NCBI GenBank assembly: GCA_965645245.1
Contig: OZ287078.1
Coordinates: forward strand, 868,001-932,000
Direction of reading: 5' to 3'
Length of the DNA: 64,000 nucleotides
Origin: Massalongia carnosa
Taxonomy: Eukaryota
Shown: positions 1 to 13,540 of the stretch, one piece after another
Layout: each line of letters begins with the position of its first letter
How positions within the stretch are numbered: position 1 is the first letter of the stretch
The notes under the pieces: generated by a model
Seen by the model: the letters and a program-made list of their open reading frames with translations, nothing else
What the model was told of the DNA's origin: nothing
The model's database searches: none
Made by a program: the position numbers and the translations under genes

Positions 1-3000
1 TTTGACTAAATTTTCTGATCGAATTGGGTGTTGAATTTTTGAATTCCACCAGTTATAATATGCATTGAAATCTCCACAAATGACGAATTGATTAGTTGAT
101 GTAGGTTGATATTTGATTAAAAGTCGATCGATCGTGTATGTTTCTCGATCATTTTGACTTTTTTCGTTATAAATATTGAAAATCTGCACTTTTCGAACTT
201 CATCAATTGTAATTTCAATAATTTGCATATCGGAATCGTCAATAAGATCCGTTCTAGGCGTGCATTGCAGTTTGGGATTGCATTTGGTGACAAATATAGC
301 TACTCTCGACGGACACGGCTATTTTCGATCATATTTACATCGATTGAAAGATTATAATTCGTCAAAATGCTCAAATCGATGCAATCAACGACAAACGCCA
401 GAACACTTGTTATTGAATTGCATTCACTATTTCGATGAAATTCAAAACATGAAACAAACCATCGATACTACGATCAACTTGAATATGTTGTTTAATACAA
501 AAATCGGAAATGACATTTTGATTAAATTCATTGTCAATAACAAAATCGCGACTAGAAAATGGATACTAGGTCAGCTTGATGACGAGATTTTCGAAACTGG
601 AGGTTGGGGAGAGATCGAACAGTAAAATCAGAAACGATTTATGCTGAAACATTCACGAACTTACAAAGACAAATTTTAAAATCGATATTCTTCGATTACT
701 ATAGGTTGTTACTAACACGGAGTAAAAATGGGGAAAAATTGACAATACATAGATGGGTTATAAAGGGTTGATTTATTTGTAATATAGAAACATATCCTAA
801 AATAGTTTAGTGTCATAACCTTAGGTTGAATACACTTAATGAATAAATAAAAAAAAAAAAAAAAAAATAGCTACTCTCGAGCGATAAGTCGCTATTTTCG
901 GCATAATGCATGTAAATGACGGATGTGATATTGTTTTTTGATCTCGTGTCCATGGTTCCTGAAACAAAACAATATCAATTTGATTTGATAAAGCATATTC
1001 CAAACACGAAGTCATTGCATTCGTTGACCTTCCACAGTTGTGTTGAATAAATTTGACATTGTTAGTATTTTCTATTTTTGCCAACGAATGCTGTCCTGCC
1101 ATTATAAGGCGGATAATTCGTCAGCCGATTTTCGTGGATTTAATGCAGTAAGCATTTCACAATGTTCATCATTTGATTGATGATTTTTATTGCAGTTTGC
1201 ACATTTCACAACAACGTGTGAACATGCAGTTTTCGATTTGCATGTTATGTATTCATGATTACGTGTTTCATGATTTTGTGCACAAATATTTCATTTTGAT
1301 TTGTTTCGACACTGATAATGCTTGTGTCCGAATTTTTGACAATTAATACATTGTGTATTCGGACGAACGGAAGTAAATATTTCCGTGTCACAGTGTTTTC
1401 CCGCGATATTTACGCCTTTTAACGCGTTTAAGGCCTGATTTCGATCGTTAAAAGTCAAAACGACCGAAGAATTGACTTTATTTTCGCGGTCTCGCGCTAG
1501 CCATCTGCGTAAATCGCATAATTCCATGTTAAGGTTGAATTTCTGGATTTCATTTTGCAAATATTGCATATTTTGATCAAACGTTGCACTATTTAATCCA
1601 TGTGCGATCACTTTAAACCAGGATTCGTCTTTTCGAATTCTTTGTGCATCGAACATATGTTCCCATATAGATTTGTTTTCCAACAATTCTGCAGCAGTGT
1701 TTTTCGAACTAGTAGTGAGAGCGATATTCTGACCGGTTTTCGATTTTTCGACCGTGTTGATTACGATATCTAACTTCGCGTTGCTGAATTGCGCGTTGAT
1801 TTGATCTCGAAGTTTCAATGAGTCGATATCGCCGATTTGAATTTTTGGTGTAATTATCAGTCGTCTGAGTTTGATTTCATTTAATTCGTCGGTTTTGTCG
1901 AATTTGTTCGAGGTTTGACTCGAATTTTTCGATCTGGAAACAGTGGTCCAATTTTCGGAATTCGCAGTTGCTTTTCCAAGCATTTGACTCCAGGATGGAG
2001 GCGTGTTATTGACCTTTGTACTCGTAACCCCGGCGGTTTCTTTTCGTGCGTTCGTGTTGACGACTTTATTTGGATTTTCAGTCGTATTGACTTGTTGAAC
2101 CCGAGTCTATTTTCGCGTCGTTTCTGAGATTCGATTACTAGTCTGATCAATTACCTTGTCTAATTTCCAATTCATCATGTCTAGTGTTGTTTTTATATTA
2201 ATTGATTTTTTTGTCAATAAGGAATTGACATTATCAATGACTATTGCTGTTTCTGGGTTTTGATCTAAGACAAATGACTTCAATAACGCGGTTTTAGCCG
2301 TTTTGAGTAATCCAATCGATTGTGCTCGATTGATTGCTTCTTGGCTTTCCTCTACTCGTTCGTCGAATATTTTTCGTTTGTTAAGTTTGATAGGCGGGCT
2401 TAATTCTATATTAGAATTTAACGATGGCATGGGTAGATTGGTAGTAAATTGTCCATATGGGAATTTGGTTGCTTTTGGGGTCGGCGTAGTCGGGGCGGAC
2501 GAATATTCATTTGATTAATCCATAGGCTCGTCAAGTACAGGCGATTTTTCTATAAGTCCTACTGACGAGAGCCCCGGAGATTCCATTTGGGGAGGGTTTT
2601 GAGGAGTGCTCAGGGGTGTTCCCGGGGAGGCTCTCGATATAATTCGTCGAGTCCTAGGGAGTACCGGATTGAACATGATTTAATAAATAAATCGATATGC
2701 CTTTTCAATATCCCTTTTATCACCACCAAATATTTTATTCTGATGTTCCCCGGACGTACTAATCAGAATAGAAGTTTACACCAATTTACAGGTCTAACGA
2801 CTCTAACTTTCCTATCCCTATTTATATGACAATAACTCGTCAAATAAATCCTAATCGGGTAAAATAGACCGTTCCTCGCTTAGGCAGTAAATCTTATTTA
2901 ACCCTTTACCAGACACTACAATAGTTGAAAATAATGAAAGTTTTTTTTTGTTTTTTTGCGATAAAAATAGATCTAAGGCAAGTTAAGATAATAAGAGACT

Positions 3001-3541
3001 TCCTTTTCTGATTAATCTGAAATAGGATCTTTGGTATAATCCTATTCCAGACGTTTTTCCCCTTCTTTTCAGTGATCTGTTGACCGGCCGTTCAATAGAG
3101 ATCGATAAAGCCTAAAATGGTATATGCAGAAATTATACGTGAAATATACTGTGAAAATTTGTGCTTGCGGAAGTTCCCGTAACCTTAAATGAGAAATGAA
3201 CTTCAAAAAAGTTGGTCGTCGCGACAGTTGTTGTACAGTACCGCGACAGTAGATATTTTTTGTAGATAATTCTTGTAGTAATAATTGAGGGTAATGCGAC
3301 AACAGAACAGAAGAAAGTGAGAAAAAAGAGCGATTTTTGGTGATATTGTTGGTATTTGTTATTTTTTATAACTTCTTGAGCGCGCTTTATCACGTCTGTC
3401 GCGTGCGACCAGCAGAAAATATCCGCTGGAGCTTTGCCGGAGCTCTCCTACACTAAATCTGAGTCCGTTTTTGCTCTGGAGGGGCTAAAATGACTGAGAA
3501 AGAGATGTTCAATTGACTGTGAACGTTATAGAGTATCAAAA
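1..3541 (-). mobile_element. Tad1-like LINE copy 1 (5' UTR, disrupted gag-like ORF1, start of ORF2 AP-endonuclease; runs off the left edge)
   Basis: ORF1 pieces 2656-1102 with CCHC knuckles (QCINCQKFGH). ORF2 starts at 1102 (IQHNCGRS...LFQEPW endonuclease motifs). The 5' UTR is colinear with copy 2 up to a shared TATCAAAA end. Contains in-frame stops. Confidence 0.88.
310..866 (+). mobile_element. 5'-truncated LINE (ORF2 C-terminal zinc knuckle, 3' UTR, poly-A) inserted antisense into LINE copy 1
   Basis: GHGYFRSYLHR...C..C...QTPEHLLLNC motif; AATAAA at 842-847; poly-A 849-867; 14-bp TSD ATAGCTACTCTCGA at 296-309 and 867-880. Confidence 0.92.
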
Positions 3542-6056
3542 GTTCCGGTACTTGTGTTTCGATAGGTGGTCTTTTTCAAATGCTCCTTTGAAATCGAGTA
3601 ATAAACATGATAAAACGTTTTTGTTTCGGTTTGCGATTTCGATATCGTGAACGACGTTCATTACCGCATCGATTGGAGAATGATTTGTGCGTCCGCCCAT
3701 TTGTTCGGTATCTAACAAGCTCGAATTTTCGCCGAGGTAGGCTAGTCGATTAGCAACTATTTCTCCGCAATTTTACCAAGATAATTCAGTAATGTATTAA
3801 TTCGATATGATTTTGGCAGCGAGTAGTCAGGTTTATTAGGTTTTTTTAAAACTGCACCGAGTCCTGTTTGCCAGCATAACGGGTGATAACCGATTTGTAT
3901 AAATTTAGAATAAATAGTAAAAAACACGTTTTTCAATGGTTGAAACGATTTTTGAACTATTGTGAAATTGATTGCATCAGGTCCACATGATTTCTTTGGA
4001 TTAAACAAACTAATCGCATTTTGCAATTCATTTTCGGTTAAATTCGGCCAATTGTTGTCATTTTCGCTGTCTTGATTCGTTAAATCTTCAATATTATCGT
4101 CCGTGAACGGGTTTTTTGTGTACATTGCTGACACAAACGCATCGCATTTGTGATCGAATTGAGCATTTAACTTGTTTTCATATTGAATAGGTGGTATTTT
4201 TTCGAACATTTACGGTTTAGTGTATTTATAAGCTGTAAATACGTCTTTATTCGCTGCGTTTTCGAGGAAAGCCAACCAAGTTTGCTGTTTCGCTTTTCGA
4301 ATTGCATGAAAGTACTCGATTCGGCTATGTCTAAATGTTTGATGACTAAAATAGGACGGATTATTCTTCCATTCTCGACGATGTCTACACATGATTTTTC
4401 GAAGTCCGGTTAAATCTTGCGATCACCAATTTTTCGATTTTGCGCATATTTTTGTCTTCGGAATAAACATTTCAGCCGCGTTTTTGATAACGTTTTGCAA
4501 ATATAACGCTGATTCATCAAATTGATAATTGTTCAATAGACTTTGTATTTGGGACTCGTAGTTTATTGCATTTTCGTCTAGAAACTTCGCGAATTTATCC
4601 CAATCGGCTTTATTGCAGTTGTATTTATTCGATAATGCGGTTGTGTGTGACGTCAAGTTCTTGAAAGACGCGATAAGTTCAAATCGGATAACTTCAAGAT
4701 CTGAACCCGAGACTGCGTTTTCATCGATTGACCAATTTGTAATTGCGTTTTCGATTTTAGAATTTGCAAATGTTAAATCAATAATAGATGAAGAGTTTCC
4801 TGAATGAGCAAAAAATGTATATAGATCAGGCGTATTTATCAAACTACATTTGTTTAATTTTAACCATTTGACTAGATTTTCTGATCGAATTACATTTTGA
4901 ATCTTCGAATTCCATCAGCTATGATTTGCATTAAAATCTCCACATATGACAAATTGATCAGTTGATATAGGTTGATATTTGACTAAAAGTCGATCGATTG
5001 TATATGTTTCTCGATCGTTTAGACTTTTTTCATTGTAGAGGTGAAAGTTCTGCACTTTTCGAACTTTATCAATTGTAATTTCGATAATTTGCAGATCAGA
5101 ATCGTTAATAAGATCCGATCTAGGCGTGCATTGTAATTTTGGATTGCATTTTGAAACGAATATAGCTATTCTCGGCCGATAAGTCGCTATTTTCGGCATA
5201 ATACATGTGAATGACGGACGGGAAATTGTTTTTTGATCTCGCGTCCATGGTTCCTGAAATAAAACAATATCAACACGATTTAATACTGTATATTCCAGAC
5301 ACGAAATCATTGCATTCGTTGACTTTGCACAATTCTGTTGAATAAATTTGACTTTATGTGTATTTTCGATATTTGTCAACGAATGTTGTCCCGCCATTAA
5401 CCAAGCATTAATTCATCATTCGATTTTCTAGGATTTAGCGAGATAAATATTTCGCATCCTACATCGTTCGATTGATGATTTTTGTTGCAATTGACGCATT
5501 TCAGAATCGAATGTGCGCATGCGATTTTAGACTTGCATGTTGTGCATTCATGATTATGCGTTTCATGACTTTGTGAGCATAAATTGCATTTTGCCGGACT
5601 TTTGCATTGATAATGCTTATGTCCAAATTTCTGACAATTAATACATTGCGTGTTTGGACAAACGGAAGCAAATATTTCCGTGTCACAATGTCTACCCGCG
5701 ATATTCACGCCTCTTAACGCGTTTGAAGCTTGATTTTGATTATTGAAAGTCAAAACTACCGACGACGTGACTTTGTTTTGACGATCCCGAGCAAGCCATC
5801 TTGGTAAATCGCATAGTTGCATATTCGAATTGTATTTTTCGATTTCGGTTTGCAAATATTGCATGTTATTATCGAATAACTAGATATTTACTCTGTGTGC
5901 TATGACTTTAAACTAAGATTCGTCTTTTTGAATTCTTTGTGATTCGAAAATGTGTTCCCATGAATATTTATTTTTCAACAATTCTTCGGCATTGTTGTCA
6001 GGGCTAGTGGTGAGAACGATATTCTGACCGGTTTTGGACTTTTCAACAGTATTGAC

Positions 6057-6307
6057 TATCACGATTCTACACGGCACGACCTCGGTACTCGGCACCGCCT
6101 AGGGTAATATTTGATAGAACATGCAGGCACTTTCGATTTCGTTCCCGCAGCTACTAGAAGATTCCATGACGACTATACCACATGGGTACTAGCGCAGTAG
6201 AGGATATATAGGGGCAGGTTCTGGTTGTCGATTGTCTTTTTCCTTCTTCATCTTTATTGTATTCGTTTCTAGTGTCCCTATGACTTGTCTCTAGGTAGAT
6301 CATAACA
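6057..6307 (+). mobile_element. Gypsy solo LTR (251 bp)
   Basis: TATCAC(<TGTCAC)...ATAACA ends; TSD TTGAC at 6052-6056 and 6308-6312; 3' part near-identical to the Gypsy A LTR. Confidence 0.88.
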
Positions 6308-6892
6308 TTGACGATGATGTTTAAATTTGCGTTTTTTAATAGTGCGTTAATTTGATCACGCAACTTCATAGAGTCGATTTGAGCGTGTCACGGTTCTACT
6401 CGGCACTACTTGGGTAGACTGGAGCGGAACAAGCCACAAGCCGAAGTCACGGGATCGCATGTGCGCGCTAGACTCATCGCGGCATTTACGGTTTCCATAG
6501 CTAGTCAATGCTCGAACCTTCTAGATCCTTCCACGAGTCGGTCGAGGGCTAGGGGCCGCTGGACTATATAGGAGCGAGATTTGTCTTTCAATTGATCTTT
6601 TCTTCTTCATCTTGATTGTATTCGTTTCTAGTGTCCCTATGACTAGTTTCTAGGTAGATCATAACATTACAATCAAGATCATTTACCTTCGCTATCCTTC
6701 GTGAGGGATATAAAAGAACTCACCTGAACCACGAAGACACTGAAAAGAAACCGAACCTGAACCAAAACGACGAACCGAAACGAAACTAGAAGAACCAGAG
6801 ACCGCCACTGCGTTGGCACCGAACCGAACCGAACAGAACCGAACCAAACCCAGAAAACGAACCTAGAAGAACCGAAGGAAGCCTCCCCTACA

Positions 6893-8137
6893 GTGATGGC
6901 GCGACCCATGATAATCGAAGATGACCTCTCAACTAGACGGGAGTCCATCATTCCAGAAACCCGAGAAACTGACGACGAACTAGAAGTAGCTGAACCTATG
7001 ATGTTGGAGAACGTGCGACAATTGAAGGCATTGATAGAGCATGACCCACAAGCGGTATCCGACATGTTCCAGGATCTGAAGGCCACCTACCTCGATAATC
7101 TCATCCGCCATGGTAACGCGGTCGGAAAGATGGAATGTTTTCGAGATAGGATAAACCAGCTAGAGGGAATTGTGGAGTACCAGAAGGAGGAACTCAGGGA
7201 GGCACGGCGTCAGGCCACCAAGGAACCAACCCGAGAAGCACCACGCCCTCGCTCTCCTTCTCACACACCCAGCACCCGGGTGACCGATGGAACGGACATG
7301 AAGAAGTCCATGAAACTCCCTGACCCACCCATCTTTACCGATGGAAAAGAGATTTCCATTGACCATTGGCTAACGAAGATGCGGAGCAAACTAGCGGCCA
7401 ATGATGACCACATGCCGACAGAAGTCCTAAAGAAGGCATACGTGGAGAACCGGGTCGGTGGCGAAGCTATGGGTCACCTTGAACCTCGACTTCGGAAAGG
7501 TGCCATCAGACCCTTTACGACGGCCGAGGAAATGTTCGACCAATTAGAACGCATATACGGCGACCCTAACCGCAAGCGGACCGCCATGAACAATTTCCGA
7601 TCGCTCAAACAAGGAAGCAAGGACTTCAACATCTTTTGGGCCGAGTTCCAACGTCTAGCAGCTGAGTTGGACTATAACGAGGAAACGCTAATCGATGAAT
7701 TGAAGTATAAGCTCTCTTGGGAAATGAGCAGACAATTGGCTACCGGCGACCTGGAACCGACCGACCTATACGAATTCGCGCAGAAGTGTCAACGCCTTTA
7801 CCAGAGCCTCAAGGAGTCGGACCGAAGTAAGGCCAGCATGGAACGGTTCGCCGAGAAACGTGCTAGTATGGCTCAGAGCACCCCGAGCACCTCCGCTACA
7901 AGGACAATCACGACGGCTACCACCAAGACCTACGTGCCGCCCCGCCCGACCTCCAACCCATCTACACCAAGGACCACTTACTACATGTCAGACGAGGAAA
8001 AGGAGCGACTAACAAGGGAAGGTCGTTGTTTCTTTTACAAGGAAACGGGACATTTATCTAGGGACTGCGAAAAGAAGAAGAATCGGCCAGCGAGAATACA
8101 GGAGATCGCTGAGGAAGCCAATTCGGGAAAAGAATGA
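6893..8137 (+). CDS. gag: Gypsy A gag (zinc knuckle degenerate: CFFYKETGHLSRDC)
   Basis: Open 414-aa ORF with KLPDPPIF retrotransposon gag motif and C-terminal knuckle. Confidence 0.85.
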   Translation: MMARPMIIEDDLSTRRESIIPETRETDDELEVAEPMMLENVRQLKALIEHDPQAVSDMFQDLKATYLDNLIRHGNAVGKMECFRDRINQLEGIVEYQKEELREARRQATKEPTREAPRPRSPSHTPSTRVTDGTDMKKSMKLPDPPIFTDGKEISIDHWLTKMRSKLAANDDHMPTEVLKKAYVENRVGGEAMGHLEPRLRKGAIRPFTTAEEMFDQLERIYGDPNRKRTAMNNFRSLKQGSKDFNIFWAEFQRLAAELDYNEETLIDELKYKLSWEMSRQLATGDLEPTDLYEFAQKCQRLYQSLKESDRSKASMERFAEKRASMAQSTPSTSATRTITTATTKTYVPPRPTSNPSTPRTTYYMSDEEKERLTREGRCFFYKETGHLSRDCEKKKNRPARIQEIAEEANSGKE

Positions 8138-11100
8138 CCTCCACCGAAGGCGCGGATGGAGGTGAACCTTTGTTGATTTCATCTAGCTGTTTACCAGGCG
8201 ATTTGTTTACGGATGAACCTCTAATCATACAATGTAGGCTAGGTAACAGCGAAGAAATAAAAGTAATGGGACTGTTGGACACGGGTGCAACAGGACACGT
8301 ATTCATTGATGAAACGACTGCGCGTAAAGTTTGCGAAAAGCTTCAGATTTCCCCTCAGAGACTAACACGACCGAAACCGGTGAAAGGGTTCGATGGTAAA
8401 AGAGGTAAAGACATTACTCATGCCATCTATCCTACTCTTACCGTGCAAGACCATATGGAAACGGTCGCCCCCCTGTTGATCACAAACTCGAACAACACAA
8501 GATGATCCTCGGAAAACCATGGATGAGGAAGCACGGGGTGATCATAGACATGGCCACCGACCAGATAGTCTTTTGGCCCGGACACTGCACGCATTCGGGT
8601 ATATCGAAGCCACCATCAGAAAAGAAGATAACGAAGACGACAAAAGAACCCGCTGAACCGAAGAAGGCTATGAAAATCCTGACCAGAATGAATAAAAACG
8701 AACCTGGAAAAACCTGGCCAGAACCGGCAATTTCAACCAATACGACGTCGAACAAGGGACTATCAGAAGGACTATCAGACTCCGGAATCAAGGTTAAACC
8801 GACTACCGAGGAAAAGCCGCTAGAGATGGCGATGATAGGGGCCGCTGCGTAGCGATTATTGTCCAAACAAAAGGACGTTAAATTATTTTCTATCTTATTG
8901 AAAGACATCGAGTACCAGCTGAATAAAGAAGACCGTCCCCCTACTGACCCGAAGACCGTAGTTCCCCCAGATTACCATGAATTCCTGGATATCTTTTCAA
9001 AGGCTGCATCCGACACGCTGGCATCTCACCGCCTCTATGATCATCGAATGATTCTGGAAGGCGGAAAGATCACGGACATAGCCCTCTCAGAAGCATGTCC
9101 CAAAAAGAGCTGGAATTCGTCAAGAAATACCTGGAAGAGAACCTCCGAAAAGGGTTCATTGAGGCTAGCCACGCAGCTTGTTCGTCCCCAATTCTTTTGG
9201 CCAGAAAGCCCAATAGAGGACTTCGCTTTTGTGTCGACTATAGAAGGCCGAACCAGCTGTCAAAGAAAGACTACTATCCAATCCCGCTGATCGAGGAAAC
9301 ACTGGCCCAGCTGAAGGAAGCTAAGATCTTTTCGAAAATTGATATCCGACAGGCGTTCCACAAGCTCCGAATAGCCATGGAATCTGAAGACCTGACCACG
9401 TTCAACTCCCGTTTTGGCGCTTATAAATACAAGGTATTACCGTTTGGACTTTCCGGAGGACCGTCGACCTGGCAGCACTTCATCAATGATGTGTTGTTCG
9501 ATTATCTGGACAAATTCTGCACGGCTTACCTGGATGACATTCTGATTTATAGCAAGAACATGAAAGAGCATCGGGAACATGTGCGGGCTGTTTTGACAAA
9601 GCTTCGAGAGGCCGGACTTCAGGCTGACGTAGACAAATGTGAATTCCATGTGACGGAAACGAAATATCTGGGACTGATCATAGGAGTTGATGGCATTCGC
9701 ATGGACCCGGCCAAAATCAAAGCTATTCAGGAATGGGAAACCCCTACCTGCCTACGTGAAGTTCGGTCGTTCATTGGTTTTTGCAATTTCTATCGTCGGT
9801 TCATCAGGGGTTTTTTAAAAATTGCCAAACTATTGAACGCCCTTACAAAGAAAGAACGGATATTCGAGTGGACCCCAGCATGTGCAAAGGCTTTCAGGAC
9901 GTTATAGAAACGGATCGGTGAAGCCCTAATCCTCATACATTTCGACCGGAACAAGCAGTGCTACTTGGAAACGGACTCTTCGGACCATGTCAATGGAGAT
10001 GTGTTGTTCCAGATAGGAGACGACGGAGAACTTCACACGGTAGCCTTCTTTTCAAAGAACATGAGCCCAGCGGAATACAACTACGAAATCTATGACAAGG
10101 AACTGCTAGCAATCATTCGATGCTTTGAACTATAGAAGCCGGAACTCGAAAGCACAGGGTTACCAGTGAAAATCTTCACCGACAATCGTAGCCTAGAGTA
10201 TTTTATGACTACGAAGAAACTAACTAGACGGCAAGCCCGATGGGCGGAGTTCCTTTCGGGGTTCAATTTCGTCATCACCTACCGGCCTGGAAAGAAAAAT
10301 GAAAAAGCAGACGCGCTAACCCGAAGGCCAAACGATAAGCCCCACGACGATAATGATGAAAGGCAGCAGCACCAATTGCAGACGCTACTGCCCCCGGAAA
10401 GATTAGAACTTCAGCCCATTGAAGAAGCGACGGAACCAGAAGAAACGACACGGAACGATGAACCCGACCCCGAACTCCCGACCCTCGACGAAAGAATCAA
10501 ACAGGAAAACCTCGAAGACGAACTCTGCACCCGAATACGAAACGCGATAAAGGAAGGGAACTCTGATGACGACTCTCTACCGGACATAAAGAACTGCACC
10601 GAGAAGAACGGACTGCTATACAAACGAAAGGGCTTATGGGTACCGGACAAGAAAGAGACCATCCTAGAGGTTATTCGGCAAATACACGACCAAGTGGCGG
10701 TAGGGCACCCCGGAATGGCCAGAACGGTGAATGTAATCGGCCGGAACTACTATTGGCCAGGCATGAACAAGGATATACGCCGCTATATGCGAAATTGCCA
10801 TGTGTGTCGACGAGCCAAGGCCCCAAGGGACAAGTATAATGGACTGCTGAAACCGCTACCCATACCAGAAAGACCATAGATAGACTTCACCCTAGACTAC
10901 GTTACCGGCCTCCCGAAGAGCAATGGAAATGACGCCATCCTGATGGTAGTAGACCGACTGTCCAAAGAGAGACACTATATCCCATGCATATGTGATGAAG
11001 AAGGAACTACGTCCGAGGCCACAATAAAACTCCTAGTAGACAACGTATGGCGCTATCATGGACTCCCAAGCAGCATAGTATCGGACCGGGGCCCCCAATT

Positions 11101-11962
11101 CACGTCAACAGTTTGGAAAGCTTGGTGTAAAATCCTTGGAATCACAGCGAAATTGTCCACAGCCTATCATCCAGAAACAGATGGACAAAGTGAAATCGCG
11201 AATCAGGAAATAGAACGTCACCTTTGGAGTTTCGTGAACTATAATCAGGACGACTGGGCGGACCTTCTTCCAATGGCGGAATTTGCCGCAAACAGCGCAC
11301 CATCGGCCACTACCGGACTGTCACAATTCTTGGCAACGAAATGTTATGAACCAAGGATGAGTTTCGACCCAATCGAACTGTCGTCAGAATCAACAAGGGA
11401 AAGGCTAGCCAATGGAAAAGCCCGCGCGATTACCGAGGACATGAAGAAAATCTGGGATTTCGTCAAACAAAATATGGGAAAGGCCCAAGAAAGGCAAATA
11501 ACAGCAGCTGACCGACACCGAAGAGACGTCTCATATGAAGTAGGCGACATGGTATGGTTATCTACTCGAAATATCAAGACAGAACAAACGTCCAAGAAAT
11601 TGGACCATAAGATGATTGGACCCTATCGAGTCAAGAAGTTAGTAGGGTTATCCTGTCAACTAGAATTGCCACCATCAATGAAAATTCACGATGTCTTCCA
11701 TACCAGCTTACTTCGAAAGGCCTCAGACGACCCACTCCCAGGTCAGATAAACGAGCCACCGCCACCCATAGTCGTAGAAGGTAGCGAAGAATGGGAACTT
11801 GATGACATTCTAGACTCACGAAAGCGGTACCGAAAGGTGCAATACAAGGTCAAATGGAAGGGAATTGACGAGGACCTGACATGGTATGATGCCGAAGGTT
11901 TCGATAATGCAAAAGAAGTGGTGGAGGACTTCCATCAACGAAACCCAAATAAACTGCGATGA
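8134..11962 (+). pseudogene. pol: Gypsy A pol (PR-RT-RH-IN-chromodomain) with stops and frameshifts
   Basis: Domain motifs in the Gypsy order across ORFs 8134-11962; chromodomain EEWELDDILDSR...YKVKWKG. Confidence 0.93.
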
Positions 11963-13067
11963 TCGCACTAATCGTATCGGTCACTTAGTCTCAGATTAAG
12001 CGGAGATAACGCGGACATTATCGCGGTCAGGTGACTCGCGATCTAAAGCGGGGGGTAGTGTCACGGTTCTACTCGGCACTACTTCGGTAGACTGGAGCGG
12101 AACAAGCCACAAGCCGAAGTCACGGGATCGCATGTGCGCGCTAGACTCATCGCGGTATTCACGGTTTCTATAGCTGGTCAATGCTCGAACCTTCTAGATC
12201 CTTCCACGAGTCGGTCGAGGGCTAGGGGCCGCTGGACTATATAGGAGCGAGATTTGTCTTTCAATTGATCTTTTCTTCTTCATCTTGATTGTATTCGTTT
12301 CTAGTGTCCCTATGACTAGTCTCTAGGTAGATCATAACAGAGCGTCAGGATTTTTCGGTGAATTCACGAGTCGTCTGGCCTTGGTTGCATCAAATCGATC
12401 GACTTTGTTCGAATTATAATTCGAACTTTTCCTTTGAATAGTAGTCCAATTTTCGGAGTTTTCGGTTGCTTTTCCAAGCATTTGACTCCATGTACCGGTT
12501 GTGCTAACATTGTTACCAGAGACCCCGGTGGCTCCATTGCGAATAGTCTGATTTTCGATAATTGAACTTTCATTCAATTTAACAATAGGTTTTTGGATTT
12601 TTAGACCGTTCTGTAGTGGAGTCGTTTGTTGTTATGACGTTTTTGAGAAAAGATGACTAGTTTGATCAAGTACTATGCCCATTTTGTAGTTAATCATATC
12701 TAAGGATGTTTGTAAATTGATTGATTTTTTAGAAATCAACGAATTAACGTTGTCAAATACGATAGCCGTTTGCAGATTTTGGTCGAGTACAAATGATTGC
12801 AATAGTGCTTTTTTGGCCGACTTTAAAAGCTCAATTGAATTTGCCCGATTGATCGCTTCTTGGCTATCTCTCGAATGTTCGTCAAATGTTCGTATTTTAT
12901 TTCGTTTGATTAGTGTGCTTGATCCAATATTTAAATTCAATGAAGGCATCGACAAGATAGTGGAAAATGGACCCGATGGGAATTTCGTTGCCTTTGGTGT
13001 TGGTGTTGACGGGGCTGATGCATATTCGCGAGTTTGATCCATAGTGAAACGGGGAGACCTTCTCCCA

Positions 13068-13540
13068 GCAGGCATTCACTACTGGAAGATGGGATCCACA
13101 GGGGCTACACAACGTGATGGTCACAATAGAGGTACAAATAGGTTGGGTCGGGTCAAAGGGTAGACTAAATGCTACCCTTTTGAAGTGCTTGATCATTGAT
13201 CTATATAGGATAGGACAATCCATAACCTAAGCTCTTCTTCCATACCTTGCCCATACTACCTGGTATTTTCGGACTCCGAAATACTTCGGACACCGAAAGA
13301 CACGGGTAGATAAGACTAGGCAGGTGAGCTAGGGGAGGTGAGGCGAGGCGAGGGGATACTTCGTGTACTACGAAAACACCTCCATAATAAGTTAAGTCCC
13401 CACACTATGCCTAACTGGGTTAGGCGGGACCTTATTGTCTTGGTGGTTGTTTTGGCTGTACGTATCCCACATAGCCACATAGGCCAGTCTTACGTTCAAC
13501 GAACGCATACTAGGCCTACCCTATTACACATAGGTTCAAG
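13068..13540. mobile_element. Unclassified 473-bp insertion in LINE copy 2 ORF1
   Basis: 9-bp direct repeat ACGGGGAGA at 13059-13067 and 13541-13549; removing the insert rejoins ORF1 in frame (...GSSPR/FTMDQ...); absent from LINE copy 1. Confidence 0.75.

Larger units (their letters stand above)
6386..12339 (+). mobile_element. Ty3/Gypsy chromovirus A, full length, coding-disrupted
   Basis: 281-bp LTRs 6386-6666 and 12059-12339 (about 6 differences); TSD GAGCG at 6381-6385 and 12340-12344; purine tract before the 3' LTR; gag, protease (LLDTGA), RT (YLDD), RNase H, integrase (HHCC, DDE) and chromodomain. Confidence 0.96.
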
